Below are positions 14,144 through 26,908 of a stretch of 64,000 nt of DNA, piece by piece. The first letter of the stretch is position 1; every line of letters starts with the position of its first letter. The notes below the pieces were generated by a model. That model was given only the letters and a program-made list of their open reading frames with translations. It made no database searches and was not told the DNA's origin. The position numbers and the translations under genes are program-made. The stretch is from Octopus vulgaris (lineage: Eukaryota), in assembly GCA_951406725.2 (NCBI GenBank), contig OX597837.1, forward strand, positions 21,514,001 to 21,578,000, given 5' to 3'.

Positions 14144-14147
<4 letters not shown>
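13361..14147 (+). mobile_element. Penelope-like / retrozyme-like element: 5' inverted segment plus 546-bp-period partial tandem repeat in (TA)n
   Basis: 13361-13444 is the reverse complement of about 13956-14038; 13443-13601 recurs at 13989-14147. It has an internal hammerhead and (TA)n on both flanks. Confidence 0.75.
13801..13876 (+). ncRNA. Type I hammerhead ribozyme (minimal helix III)
   Basis: aatgta-CTGAAGA-agtc...gacc-GAAA-ccgag-GTA-tgcatt. Stem I aatgta/tgcatt, stem III ACC/GGT, GUA cleavage triplet; A.C mismatch at the base of stem II. Confidence 0.7.
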
Positions 14148-14178
<31 letters not shown>

Positions 14179-14266
14179 GGAAAGTTTACGAAAATAAACA
14201 AAAGACGAAGACAGGTGGTGTACAAACAAACAAATGTATTAGTATAGCGCTCAGGAATAGAAAAAG

Positions 14267-14304
14267 TCTTTTATATTTCGAGCCTACGCTCTTCTACAGA
14301 AAGA
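14267..14304 (-). ncRNA. Variant minimal hammerhead-like motif
   Basis: Minus strand reads tcttt-CTGTAGA-a-gagc-gtag-gctc-GAAA-t-ATA-aaaga. Stems I and II pair, but core A6 is U. Confidence 0.45.
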
Positions 14305-14460
14305 TACACAGAATAAAACAAGGAGAGAAAAAAAATGTGTGTAGTAGCTAACGATCTATATATATATATAATTAATAATATCAAAGGGTAATCAGAAATA
14401 TTAGAAATTTCCATTAACAGGGGTCCTATGATGGATTCCTCTCATGTGTTTAAATGTACA

Positions 14461-14512
<52 letters not shown>

Positions 14513-15159
14513 GGAAAGAACAAATGGAGTCAAAAGGAAGAGGGAGTACAATTTGACAGCTGTTTAATGATCACTACACATATTTCGATACAACATAGAT
14601 CCACATGTATATGTGGATCTATGCTGTATTGATACATGTGCAGTGGTCATTAAACAGCTGTTGAATTGTACTCCCTCTTCTTTTTGACTCTTATTCTTTC
14701 CTTTTTATTTTTCACACTTGAGGAATGCCTAAGCCTAGAATTGGTAGTATATCATAATATTGCTGGCTATCTGGTAATTCTAAGGGGGGAATGAGCTCTG
14801 TTTTGTACTCTAATATGTTCTTAATGGAATATACCTCAACTATATATATAGTGGTTGGCATTAGGAAGGGCATCCAGCTGTTGAAAATTTGCCAGATCAG
14901 ATGGGAGTCTAGTGCAACTTTCTGGCTTGCCAGTCCTCAGTCAAACCATCCAATGCATGCCAGCATGGAAAGCAGTTTTTAAACGATGATGATAATGATA
15001 TATAAAACCAAAAAGGAAGGATTCAATTGTCACCAACCATGACTGATGATGCATTGTAGCACATATATTGCTAGAAGTAAGAGTCAAAGACCCTTATAGG
15101 CACGTAGTACAAGTCTATGTACTGACAGGGCAGTTAACCACCCAATAGCAAGTGGAGGT

Positions 15160-15207
15160 ACTAAATTGACAAACCAATTTCGCTTGAAATTAAAGCTCAT
15201 CAGTAGT
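15160..15207 (-). ncRNA. Type I hammerhead ribozyme, intact core
   Basis: Minus strand reads acta-CTGATGA-gctt-taatttc-aagc-GAAA-ttgg-tttg-tca-ATT-tagt. All three stems pair; AUU triplet. Confidence 0.8.
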
Positions 15208-15550
15208 TCTGCTTCATACTTCTAATAATTGAGTCAAATCCAACCTGTCAGTATATAGATTTTACCATAAGAGTCTGCCCATTTCCACATTATTATATAT
15301 ACACACACATATATGTCATCATTTTATATATGTATATATATATATATATAATCAGCAGCATTGTTTTGGCATCCACTTTTCTATGCATGCATGGTGTCAG
15401 GCAATTTACTGAGGCAGATTTTCTAAGGGAGGATGTTCTTCCTTTTTCCATACAAGGTAAGTATTCCCTATCACATCATTTAGGATTCAATCCCACTGCA
15501 TGGCACCTATTTTAGTGGGTTTGGCTGATGAAAGCTGAAAGAAGTGCATC

Positions 15551-15600
<50 letters not shown>

Positions 15601-15739
15601 CTTATAAATAAGGGCAAACGAAAAAAATTTCAAATGCCAAATATGCCGAAATTAGACACATTGTCCATAACCATATAATTTATCACGATAAGCACGCTAC
15701 TCGAAAAAGGTTGACAGAAATCTCTAAAAATTTCCGTTA

Positions 15740-15799
15740 TTACCATATCGGACCGATTTCAGGGTTAGTTCATAAGAACCCTCCCTTCGTCAGTGATAA
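15740..15799 (-). ncRNA. Type I hammerhead ribozyme with palindromic helix III
   Basis: Minus strand reads ttatca-CTGACGA-aggg...ccct-GAAA-tcggtccg-ATA-tggtaa. Stem I is 6 bp; helix III ATCGG-T-CCGAT. Confidence 0.8.
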
Positions 15800-15881
15800 A
15801 TGCGGCAAAAGAAATAAATGAGATACTTACTCATACCCATGGAAGAAGCAAACACTAAGTCATGAGCACAACTAAGTACGC

Positions 15882-15932
<51 letters not shown>

Positions 15933-16099
15933 ATATTAGGGAATAAATCCAAACTTACAGGGAAAAATCAGATTTAGGATTGAATCCAATTTATAGTAAA
16001 ATATTATATTATATTATATAAATTAGAGACAAAACCATGACTGATGATGCATTGTAGCATCAAATTGTTTTTCATACTTGAGGAATGGTTTTGTCTCTA

Positions 16100-16175
<76 letters not shown>

Positions 16176-17025
16176 ATGTATAATTTTATATACACACGTG
16201 TGTATGAAAGTGAAAGAAGTGGTGTTGTCAGTTTCACTTATCAACAAACCAGTGGGGCACTTTGTGCCATCAAAGTCATGTGGAATTGGTGATCACTTTC
16301 TTGAAAAACAGGTATGGATAAGCATCAGAAAGACCATGCAACTGTAAGACAAGGCCTCAGATATCATATTTGACCAACCTATGCAAACATAAAAACAAAC
16401 AGGCATAAATGAGTGAATGATATGTATGTGTATCTAGTTGAGATGACAAAGGACTGAGATTCCTGGTGCTTTGATGTACTCAAGAAGGTCTGTACTCTAC
16501 AGCAGAAGTGTTAAGTCTTGCCTCCCTGGTGAAGAGGATTGGCCTGCAAAATTCCCCAGCATGCTCTGTAAGGTGGTTGGTGTTAGGAAGAGCATCTAGC
16601 TGTAGAAGCCCAGCCAAATCAGACTTGAACTTAGTGCAGCTCTGGTCAAACCATCCAACCTATGCCAACATGGGCAACAGATGTTAAATGATGATGATGA
16701 TGATATATAGATCAAAGACAGAAAATAGAATTTATGAGGTTCTTTATTCAAAGTCACTACAATTGTTTTGATACATTCTCTCACCTGTAGTTCATAGGTG
16801 AGATGTTATGTGGTCAATTATCTTACATGATAAATGACTCTTTAAACAAGTTCCATGCTATATCCATCAGGTAGCCAATAACTGGACAAGCTTTGCACAG
16901 CAATTGACAACAATTTTACCTGACCCTCACTTAACTATATGTACGTATGTATGTGTGTGTGTATATATATATGTGTGTGTGTGTGTGTGCATTCTCTCTT
17001 ATCTAAGAAGGCATAAGCATACGTA

Positions 17026-17083
<58 letters not shown>

Positions 17084-17084
<1 letters not shown>

Positions 17085-17480
17085 TAGCAGTATCGCCCGG
17101 CGTTGCTCAGGCTTGTAAGGGAAATAACTATATAAGCATTTTTAGAGATGTAAAGTATAATAGCCATCTCAATATGGCTAACCACAAAGGGGGGGTGTTA
17201 CTGTAGCTTTTTACGTTCTGAGATTTAATAATACATTTTTAGAGAGTTACTTCCCTTATATAATAGCAAAAAAATGCATTAAAAATGGGAAAATATTGTG
17301 GTAAATTTTTTTTTTTATCGTAGACTCATCGTAGACGTGCGCTAATACCCAGAAGGGCTCGATATGGATCACGACTATAAAATACCCACTTTTGGTTACA
17401 CTGCACTGCAAAATGTGGGAGTAGTTAGGAATCTAAATCGTAGGAGACAGACACACAACTTCACTTTTATATATATATAT
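17084..17480 (-). mobile_element. Non-autonomous Helitron-like element in (TA)n
   Basis: Minus-strand 3' end cctgagcaacgccgggcgatactgCTAG; same family as the element at 35029. Confidence 0.7.
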
Positions 17481-17618
17481 AATGTGTGTAGTGTCCAGAA
17501 TAAAATAGCTACAATAATTTTTCAAATGTATAAAAGCAAAAATCCTGACAAAATAGAAAATAAATCTTTTATATATCATTTTAATGCTAAAGGGACTTTT
17601 GAATCATGCCTATACATA

Positions 17619-17754
<136 letters not shown>

Positions 17755-18116
17755 TGAAATGAGGAGCTAAATATGCATTGAGAATTCTTTTAACTTGCTT
17801 TAATTTCCACACTACTTGCTTCAGACTGTTGGCACGGCTCACACGCAATGATTTATATTTCACCTGAAAAATTAAAAGGAAAACTGTTTTTATTGTTATA
17901 TTTCGGAATGGTCATTTTGCCAGTTTACCCAGCATGCTCTGTATTTTTTAAAATTTAATATATTCTAGATGCAAAAGAAAAGAAACAGAAAACTTTAAGA
18001 GAAAGGTTTCATAAGTCATTAAAATATTTAAAAGGATATGATATAAGGTGGAGAACTTTTGCCAAAATGGAATCATTTAAATATATGTGTGTATATATGT
18101 ATATATAGAAATATAC

Positions 18117-18158
<42 letters not shown>

Positions 18159-18912
18159 ACACTTTATTTCATGTTGCTCCAGTTCACTCATCTGTAGAAA
18201 CGAGTTGTGACGTCACTGGTGCCAAGTGGCATCGACCTTTGCCTTTCCCCTGAATAACATCAAGGACATAGAGACGGGAGGCTAGTATCCATAGGCAACT
18301 GCTGGTTTTCCATGAACAACCTGGCCTGGACTTCTGCTTCAGAGGGTTACTTTCTAAGTACAATCCTATGGTCATTCATGACTAAAGGGGATCTTTACTC
18401 CTTTTACTGTTTTTATATATATATATATATATATATATTCTTTTACTTTTACTCTTTTACTTGTTTCAGTCATTTGACTGCGGCCATGCTGGAGCACCAC
18501 CTTTTGAAAGAGTACAGCAGGGATCACCACCATCCCCTGCCGGAGCCTCGTGGAGCTTTTAGGTGTTTTCGCTCAATAAACACACACAATGCCCAGTCTG
18601 GGAATCGAAACCGCGATCCTATGACCGCGAGTCCGCTGCCCTAACCACTGGGCCATTGCGCCTACATAAGAATGAGTAGACAAATGCAAAAGGCATTCAA
18701 CATATTTAGCATTGGTTACAAGTATTATTATTTAAAACAGTTTGATTCGACTCCAAGTGACTTAAAGTTGTATGATCTTCTGACAGAAACCCATCTTTTT
18801 CAGGCTTAAATTACAGAATTCAGTAATCTAAACCTAAATGAGATGGGTTTCTGTCAGAAGCCTGTGAAACTTTAACCAAACTGTTTTAAATAATAATAAT
18901 AATAATAATAAT

Positions 18913-19130
18913 AAATGTGGCATCTCAACGCGACTACAGTACCAGGGATTGTAGGATCTCTAGGAATGATAAAAAATAGGTACTGAAATCTATTAGAAAA
19001 TGATACCAGGCATTCCATTCCTACAGGAAGTGCAAGAAATTGTGTTAACTGGAATGGTTCATGTACTGAGAAAAGCATTATCGCTGTGAAAACAACATCC
19101 ATTCATGAATTTATTTATATATTAATTTTT
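18913..19130 (+). mobile_element. 3' fragment of an R4/Dong-like non-LTR retrotransposon in (TAA)n
   Basis: Frameshifted MWHLNATTVPGIVGSLGMIK / MIPGIPFLQEVQEIVLTG..HVLRKALS resembles the RLE-clade C-terminus; it directly follows a (TAA)n tract. Confidence 0.6.
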
Positions 19131-21764
19131 TTTAATACATATTTTACCTGTGAATTTGCGTGTGTAATCTAGGAATGCATACAATGAGCTTCTCTGCCCT
19201 AGGTGTACGGAAAACACTCGACGAGAAACGGAAGAAAATTTTAAGAAAGAAGGAAAAATAATAATCATCATCATCATCATCATCACCATTTAGCGTCCGC
19301 TTTCCATGCTAGCATGCGTTGGACGGTTCAACTGGGGTCTGTGAAGCCAGAAGGCTGCATCAGGCCCAGTCTGATCTGGCAGTGTTTCTATGGCTGGATG
19401 CCCTTCCTAACGAAATAATAATAATAATAATGATCCTTTCTATTAATGGCACAAGGCCTGAAATTTTGGGGGAGGTGACTAGTCGTAAATGATTCTGCCA
19501 GCTCACTGCCTTAACAATAATAATAATGATGATGATTTCAAATTTTACTACAAGGGCAGCAATTTTAGTGGGGAGGGGATGAATTGATTACATCGACCCC
19601 AGTGTTCAACTGGTACTTATTTTATTGACCTCAGTGGAATTTGAACTCAGAATGTAAAAACAGGTGAAATACCTATTTCTTTACTACCCACAAGGGGCTA
19701 AGCACAGAGAGGACAAACAAGGACAAACAAATGGATTAAGTCGATTATATTGACCCCACTGCATAACTGGTACTTATTTAATTGACCCTGAAAGGATGAA
19801 AGGCAAAGTCGACCTCGGCGGAATTTGAACTCAGAACGTAGTGGCAGATGAAATACCGGTAAGCATTTCATCCAGCATGCTAATGATTCTGCCAGCTTGC
19901 CACCTTTAATAATAATAATAATATTAAACAACCAAGTATCAAAGCCTATAATGTGTGGAAAGAGATCCTGTGAGACCTCTGACAACAGGCTGGTTTCCAC
20001 TCTCGCAGAATCTACCAGAACAAACAAGACTAAGCATTCTGAGAAATAAAAAAACAAATAATAATGGTAATAATAATAATAATCCTTTCTACTAAGAAAC
20101 CAAGGCCTGAAATTTTGGGGAAGAGGTATAGTTGATTACATCGACTCTGGTGTTTCACTGGTACTTAATTTATCGACCCCAAAAGGATGAAAGGCAAAGT
20201 CAACCTCAGCAGAATTTGAACTCAGGACATAAAGAAAGATGAAATACCTATTTCTTTATTACCCACAAGGGGCTAAACATAGAGGAGACAAACATGGACA
20301 GACATAGGTATTAAGTCGATTATATCGACCCCAGTGCTTAACTGGTACTTAATTTATCGACCCCGAAAGGATGAAAGGCAAAGTCGACCTCGGCGGAATT
20401 TGAACTTTGCCTTTCATACCACTAAACATTTCACCTGGCAATAATAATGATAATAATATATAGTGATTGTCATTTTTTACAGGTGATGCTATCATGAAAT
20501 CTTGTATGACTAGCCAGTCCGGCTTAGGACAAAAAGACCCTACTGCAGATGTTATGAGCTTTTTCAGGCAGAAACGTGAAATGTGTCAGGAATTGATGTC
20601 TAGTACACTTTATAAAGTGTCCACTTCATGTATATATGTATATTTACATACATATAATGGTAGTGCCCCAGCATGGCAACAGCCTCAAGGCTGGAACATA
20701 TAAAAGAATAAAAGACTATATATCATCATCATCATCATCATCATCGTTTAACGTCCGTTCTCCATGCTAGCATGGGTTGGACAGTTCGACCGGGGATCTG
20801 GGAAGCCAGAAGGCTGCACCAGGCTCCAATCTGATCTGGCAGTGTTTCTACAGCTGGATGTCCTTCCTAACGCCAACCACTCCATGAGTGTAGTGGGTGC
20901 TTTTTACGTGCCACCTGCACAGGTGCCAGGCGAGGCTGGTAACGGCCACAGTCGGATTGGTGTATTTTACGTGCCACCGGCACGGAGGCCAGTCGAGGCG
21001 GCGCTGGCATCGGCCACGATATTTACATATATAGGCATAGGCATGGCTGTGTGGTAAGAAGTTTGCTTCCCAACCACATGGTTCCTGGTTCAGGCCTTGT
21101 GAGTGGCTTTGGTAGACGGAAACTGAAAGAAGCCCATTGTATGTATATATATTTATATACCTCTAGATCTCCTGCTGGTTATTCTAATCATATGTCCATA
21201 GTACCAGAGCTATCACCTCTCAATGCAGAATGTAAATAAATGATAGAAAGGATTCTAGAAGTTTTCTCCCTTAGATTAAATGAATAATAATAAACAAGAG
21301 TGGCTTTATTTGGGCAGCTTCAAGTGGCATAAAATTGACATACATGTGTTGTCATGTAGATTCATATCATAGAGAATGTTAAGAGTTAAAGACATTTTCT
21401 TAATAATATTCCTGAGTAAGCATCAAGAGAAGTTTGGTTGACTTGATTGGGTACTTACTAACAAAAGTAACAGCAGAATGTCGGTTTGATGATTTTCAGG
21501 AGCAGTGTACTCTACATAGTTTCAACCTGAATATCTCAGTGAAGATAGATCATCATCATCATCATCATCATTTAACATCTGTTTTCCATGCTGGTATGGG
21601 TTGAACAGTTTGACAGGTGTTGGCGAGCCAGAGAGCTGCACCAGGTTCCAGTTGTGTTTTCGCAAGGTTTCTATGGCTGGGTACCCTTCCTAGTGCCAAC
21701 CACTTTACAGAATGCACTAGGTGTTTCTTATGTGGCATCAGCACAGGTACTATTTATGCAGCAC

Positions 21765-22050
21765 CAGCACAGGTGCTATCTACCTGACACTGGCACAGGT
21801 GCTTCCTACCTGACATTGGCACAGGTGCTCCCTACCTGACATTGGTACAGGTACTTCCTACCTGACATTGGCACAGGTGCTTCCTACCTGACATTGGCAC
21901 ATGTGCTTCCTACCTTGGCACCAGCACAGGTTCTACCTACCTGACATTGGCACAGGTGCTTCCTACCTGACATTGGCACAGGTGTTTTCTAACTGACATT
22001 GGCACAGGTGCTTCCTACCTGACATTGGCACAGGTGCTTTTTATGTGGCA
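21765..22050. repeat. 26-bp minisatellite (tacctgacattggcacaggtgcttcc), about 10 units
   Basis: Direct head-to-tail units inside a (GAT)n-tailed SINE-like copy. Confidence 0.9.
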
Positions 22051-23078
22051 CCAGTACTCTCAAGCTTGCAAGACAAGGACCTCTTGGTTGAGAGAGGAAG
22101 TGGGGAACATAACCATAAAGGACATGCCTGTATGTGTGGATGGCCACAATTTTACTAACTTGTAATTAAGAACTACAGGTTAACCAGTTCACCACTGCAG
22201 ACAGCAAGAGCACTGTATTGTTTATGGTTGAGTGTATGGCAGTGGAGACCTCCAGTGTTCTTGGCCCCCTGAACCATATCCACACTCACTGCTAGATGAG
22301 CAGGTGTATGCAGAGATGGCTATCCACAAGTGCATGCCTCGTGAGTCAAAGTGGCTGTTTCCAACACATTTCCTTCATCATCCTCTGGGGTAGCCCTGAT
22401 TCCCATTTTGTCTGCTGGGACCATGAGGTGGCCTGAATTACAGGAAATTGTATGTTCCACTCCTTGATGTAAAGTCACCCCGTATAAACAACTTTGAACT
22501 GTCATCCAAATGTATGTGTGTATGTATATAAACAATATTTATCATCATCATCGTCGTTTAACATCCATCTTCCATGCATGCATGGGTAGGATGGTTCACA
22601 GGAGCTGGCCAGGTAGGAAAAGTACCCTATGCTGCTCTGATTTGGCAGGGTTTTTATGGCTTACTAACACTAACCACTCTGCAGTGTAAACTCAGTGCTT
22701 TTTACATGACACTAGCACAGGTGAGGTCAGTTTTGGCATGACTTTTACAGCTGGATGCCCTTCTAAATGCCAACCACTTTACAGTGTGGACTGGATGCTT
22801 TTTACATCTCACGAGGGTGACAAAGAGAATTACAATCACTTCAATATCATTGAAATCTCAAAGCTACAAGATAATGCATGATTAATTCAAAATAATCTGA
22901 ATAAATAAACATTACATTTGACAGAGCAATATGAATGTCTTGGGGGTTGAACTTCTCCACTTACAAAAATATTTTGCCCTTATAATTTTGGCTTCTATTA
23001 CATTCTTTTATTCTTTCACTGGTTTCAGCCAGAGGCCAAGGCCATGCTGGAGCACTGCTTTTCAAAAAAGTTGCCAGC

Positions 23079-23149
23079 TGGCATCTGTGGGAATCGAACC
23101 TATACCTCTCAGATACAGGCTGAGTGCTCTACCATTAAGCTAAACGGCC
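23079..23149 (-). pseudogene. tRNA-like pseudogene or solo SINE head
   Basis: GGCCGTTTAGCTTAATGGTAGAGCA-CTCAG-CCTGTAT-CTGAG-AGGT-ATAGGTTCGATTCCCAC. D and anticodon arms pair; acceptor and T stems are mismatched. Confidence 0.55.
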
Positions 23150-25448
23150 TCTAGCTTTACTAGGGTTTTTTTTTTCTGTGATTATATTTTAATACAAAAG
23201 ACAAAAAGAACCCAAACCACTTAAGGAAATAACAGTAGTTATGTCTCAGCTGTTCTGATCATACAGGTAAATGTTATCATTAACGACTGGCATTACATCA
23301 TAATTAGTAATTACCAGAGAGCCAAAAGGGAAGCACTTGACGATGTCACAATGTTTTAGCAGATTGGACAAGTAAAGTTATTGGATGGCAAAACTGGAAC
23401 AAATTTAACATAATTTTGGTTTTGTGTCTGGTTTTAGGACAAGTGCAGTTGTTCTGTGCTCTTGAAGCTGAGTAAAGTTCTTTACTTGAAAAACAGGTAA
23501 GGGTTAGTGGCAGGAAAGGTACCTGGCTGTAAGACAAAGTCTCAGTGTCTTACAATATATGCCTAATGCATGCTAGCATGGACAAACAGATGTGAAACAA
23601 ATGTACTAACATGAATATTCTAGTGAAAGGTTTACATCCTGAGATTTCCATGGATTCACTGTAACAAAACACAGGAATATAATATATTGAAGAAGAATAT
23701 GAAGAAAAAACAATAGGTATGTTTGTTCTGGCTTTGATCTCCCTTCACAGCACCCAGGACAAGTGTCTCCTATATACTCGCAGGCTGGTCAAAACTTGTA
23801 AGCGAAATATGGTAAATGGTAAGTCTGCAGAAGTCTATTGCATTCATATGTCAATATATCTGTGTATCTCCACATGTTTTTGTGTTGACGTCAATTGGGC
23901 AGTGATGACATTTGCTGATGTCCTGTATTAACAAAATATCCAGTGGCTGACTATTCAACATACTGATATGTGGAATAAAGGGGAAAGCTGGTAGAATTGT
24001 TAGCACACCAGGCAAAATGGTTAACGTTGTGAGTTTCAATTCTGCCAAGGTCAACTTTGCTTTTCATCCTTTCAGGATTGATAAAATAAGTACCAGTTGA
24101 GTAATAGGGGTTGATGTAATTGACTTACTCCCTCCCCCAAAATTGTTGACCTTGTGCCAAAATTGGCAGCGAGCTGGCAGAGTCGTTAGCATACTGGGCA
24201 AAATGCACCTTGGGCAAATGTCTTCTACTATTGCCTCAGGCCAACCAAAGCCTTGGGAGTGGATTTGGTAGATAAAAACTGAAAGAAGCCCATCATATAT
24301 ATATATGTGTGTGTGTGTCTATGTTTTCCCCACTGCCAACTCCATTGCTTGACAACTGATGTTGGTGTGTTTATGTCCCCATAACTTGGCTGTTTGGCAA
24401 AAGAGACGGATAGAATAAGTACTAGGCTCACAAAGAATAAGTCCTGCAGTCAATCGGTTCAACTAAAAAAAAGCAAAAACCTTGAAGGCAGTGCTCCAGC
24501 ATGGCTGCAATCAAATGATTGAAACAAGTAAAAGAACAACCACACAGCCACATCTGCTTCTATAACTTAATGAAAAGTTCTCACATAAAATCACGGCTAA
24601 AAGTTTTAATTTAGATATAAACACTTTCAGAACCAAGCGTTTTGTATCAAATAACCTTAGAGGTGGTTTTAAACAGGTTGGAATTGAAATGGTTGTATGT
24701 GTGTGTGTGAAGATGCACAAACATATGACCTCACTCTTTTGGATTGAGCTTCCTGGCTTTACAACATACTGCAGTTGGAACGAAGCCAAATATATGGTTA
24801 AATAGAGTTTCTTTTAATGCACTGTCGGTCGTAGTAATAGATTTTTATTATAGATTTGTTCATATTTCTTAAATGTCAGTTGATGTTTGCTATTGTAGAT
24901 GGATGTCTTTGTTGTCTGTATAAATTCTAACGTTGGCCGTGTACAATGTTTTCCTGAATAAAGGCAGTACTTAATGTCGTATAATTAATTGTAGCCTCAT
25001 GCGTTACTCATCTGACAGTTTATATATATATATATATATAAAAACACACACAAATATAAATACATATATATATACATACATATATATATAAATAAACACA
25101 CACAAATATAAATACATATATATACATACATATATATATATCATCATCATCGTTTAATGTCCGTTTTCCGCCCTAGCACGAGTTGGACTAATATATATAT
25201 ATATAGACACATGCACACACACACACACACACATACACACACATACATATAAATGTGTGTATATATATAGTCAAAGTAGGGTTATGTGGTTTGAGAAGTT
25301 TCCTTCCAAACAACCTGGTTTCAGGTTCAGTCCTACTTCACAGCACCATGGATAAGTGTTTTCTGCTATTGCCCTTGCCTGACCAAAGTCTTGTGTCTAA
25401 ATGTGGTAGACAGAATCTGCAAAAGAGCCTGTCACATATATATGTGTA

Positions 25449-25665
25449 TAGAAGGAGGTTCTGAAAAGTTCCTGGCTTTGGGTAAAAGAGAATACAGGAG
25501 GATCAGTTAATTACGATTTTAATCAACATAATCCCCTCTCAGATTCACACATTGCAGCTGCCCTTTAGTTTTCCTAATCCTTGTAAAAGAACTCAGAAGG
25601 TAGGGCCTCCAACCAGGCCTTTTGAAAAACCCTTAAAGCCAGGAACTTTTCAGCACCCCCTCGTG
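25449..25665. mobile_element. mariner-like MITE
   Basis: TIR ctgaaaagttcctggcttt / aaagccaggaacttttcag; TA/TG flanks. Confidence 0.7.
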
Positions 25666-26707
25666 CGTGTGTGTGTGTGTGTGTGTGTGTAAAAAGGTTG
25701 AATTTTGATTCGTCCATTAATTTGGAGGTTTCCGAAAATGATTTCTAATATTGATTCTTCATATTTTGTTGGTAGTTTACAGGCGTAAATTTGCGAATAT
25801 GAAAATAACCCTTGCATATGGTGTGTTGTGAATTCATGGAAAGAAATACCATAAAATGCAACAGTTTAGTTAAAAATGGAGAAGAGAAGTTGTTAAAATA
25901 TATAAGAGAATTTTAATTCATACACACGATCGTTTCATACAGAGATTTATCTCTGGACGAAACAATTTTTAACTGAATTATTGCATTTTATGGGATTTCT
26001 TTCCATAAATTCACAACACATCATATACAAATACATTCATACATGCATGCAGGTAAAATGCACAACAGCATTCCATCCAGCTTAATGTTCAGGGTTCAAA
26101 TATTGCTAGAGTCGACTTTGCCTTTCATCCTTTCAGAGTTGATAAAATAAGTACCAGTTGAACTCTGGGGTCAATATGATCAACTTATCCCCACCCCCGA
26201 AATAGCTGGCCCTGTATCAAAATTTGAAACAATTATTGTTATGGCGATGATCATGATGAGTTACTTCCCTCGTTCTTGTACATAAAGATAACCGCTACGT
26301 TGCTTTGGTCTCCCTGCCAGGAACACTTTAAGGTGGTTTGGTGGATCATACTATAAATTATAAAATGTAGGAATCCAATGTGCAATATGATCTAAAATAA
26401 GAATTAAAACCGTTTGTGTCTGGAGCAGTGACTGAGTCTAAAGTCGTAATATGTATTTCCAAACTAGCAAGGCAGGGATAGTGAAGAGTTGAAGTTTAGC
26501 CACATCTCAGTTCTGACTGAGCAGATCTCTAATGAAAGCTGGCATGGTAGTGTGGTAACCACATAGTTTCAGGTTCAATCCTACTATAAGGCATCTTGGG
26601 CAATAGTCTTCTACAACTGTGGACTGATCAAACCCTTCTGAGTGAATCTGGTAAATGGAAACTGAAAGAAGCCCATCATATGTGTGTGTGTGTGTGTGTA
26701 TATATAT

Positions 26708-26908
26708 CAGTGCTTTTCAAACTTTTTGCTGGAGCGGAACCCCAAGGAAACATTCCACTGGCTCGAGGAACCCCTGTGCAATAACTTAATTGTCTTATGC
26801 ACACATATCTGCACAGGAGAATTAAAAATTACTGCCGATTTTAGCAGTTTTGTAACTTCTTATGGAACCCCTGGACTGTACTGGCAGAACCCTGGTTGAA
26901 AACCACTG
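26708..26908. mobile_element. hAT-like MITE
   Basis: CAGTGCTTTTCAA ... TTGAAAACCACTG termini. Confidence 0.7.

Noticed and set aside
21765-22050. CRISPR-like regular repeats
   Set aside because: Units are contiguous with no unique spacers, there are no cas genes, and the context is eukaryotic; it is a minisatellite.
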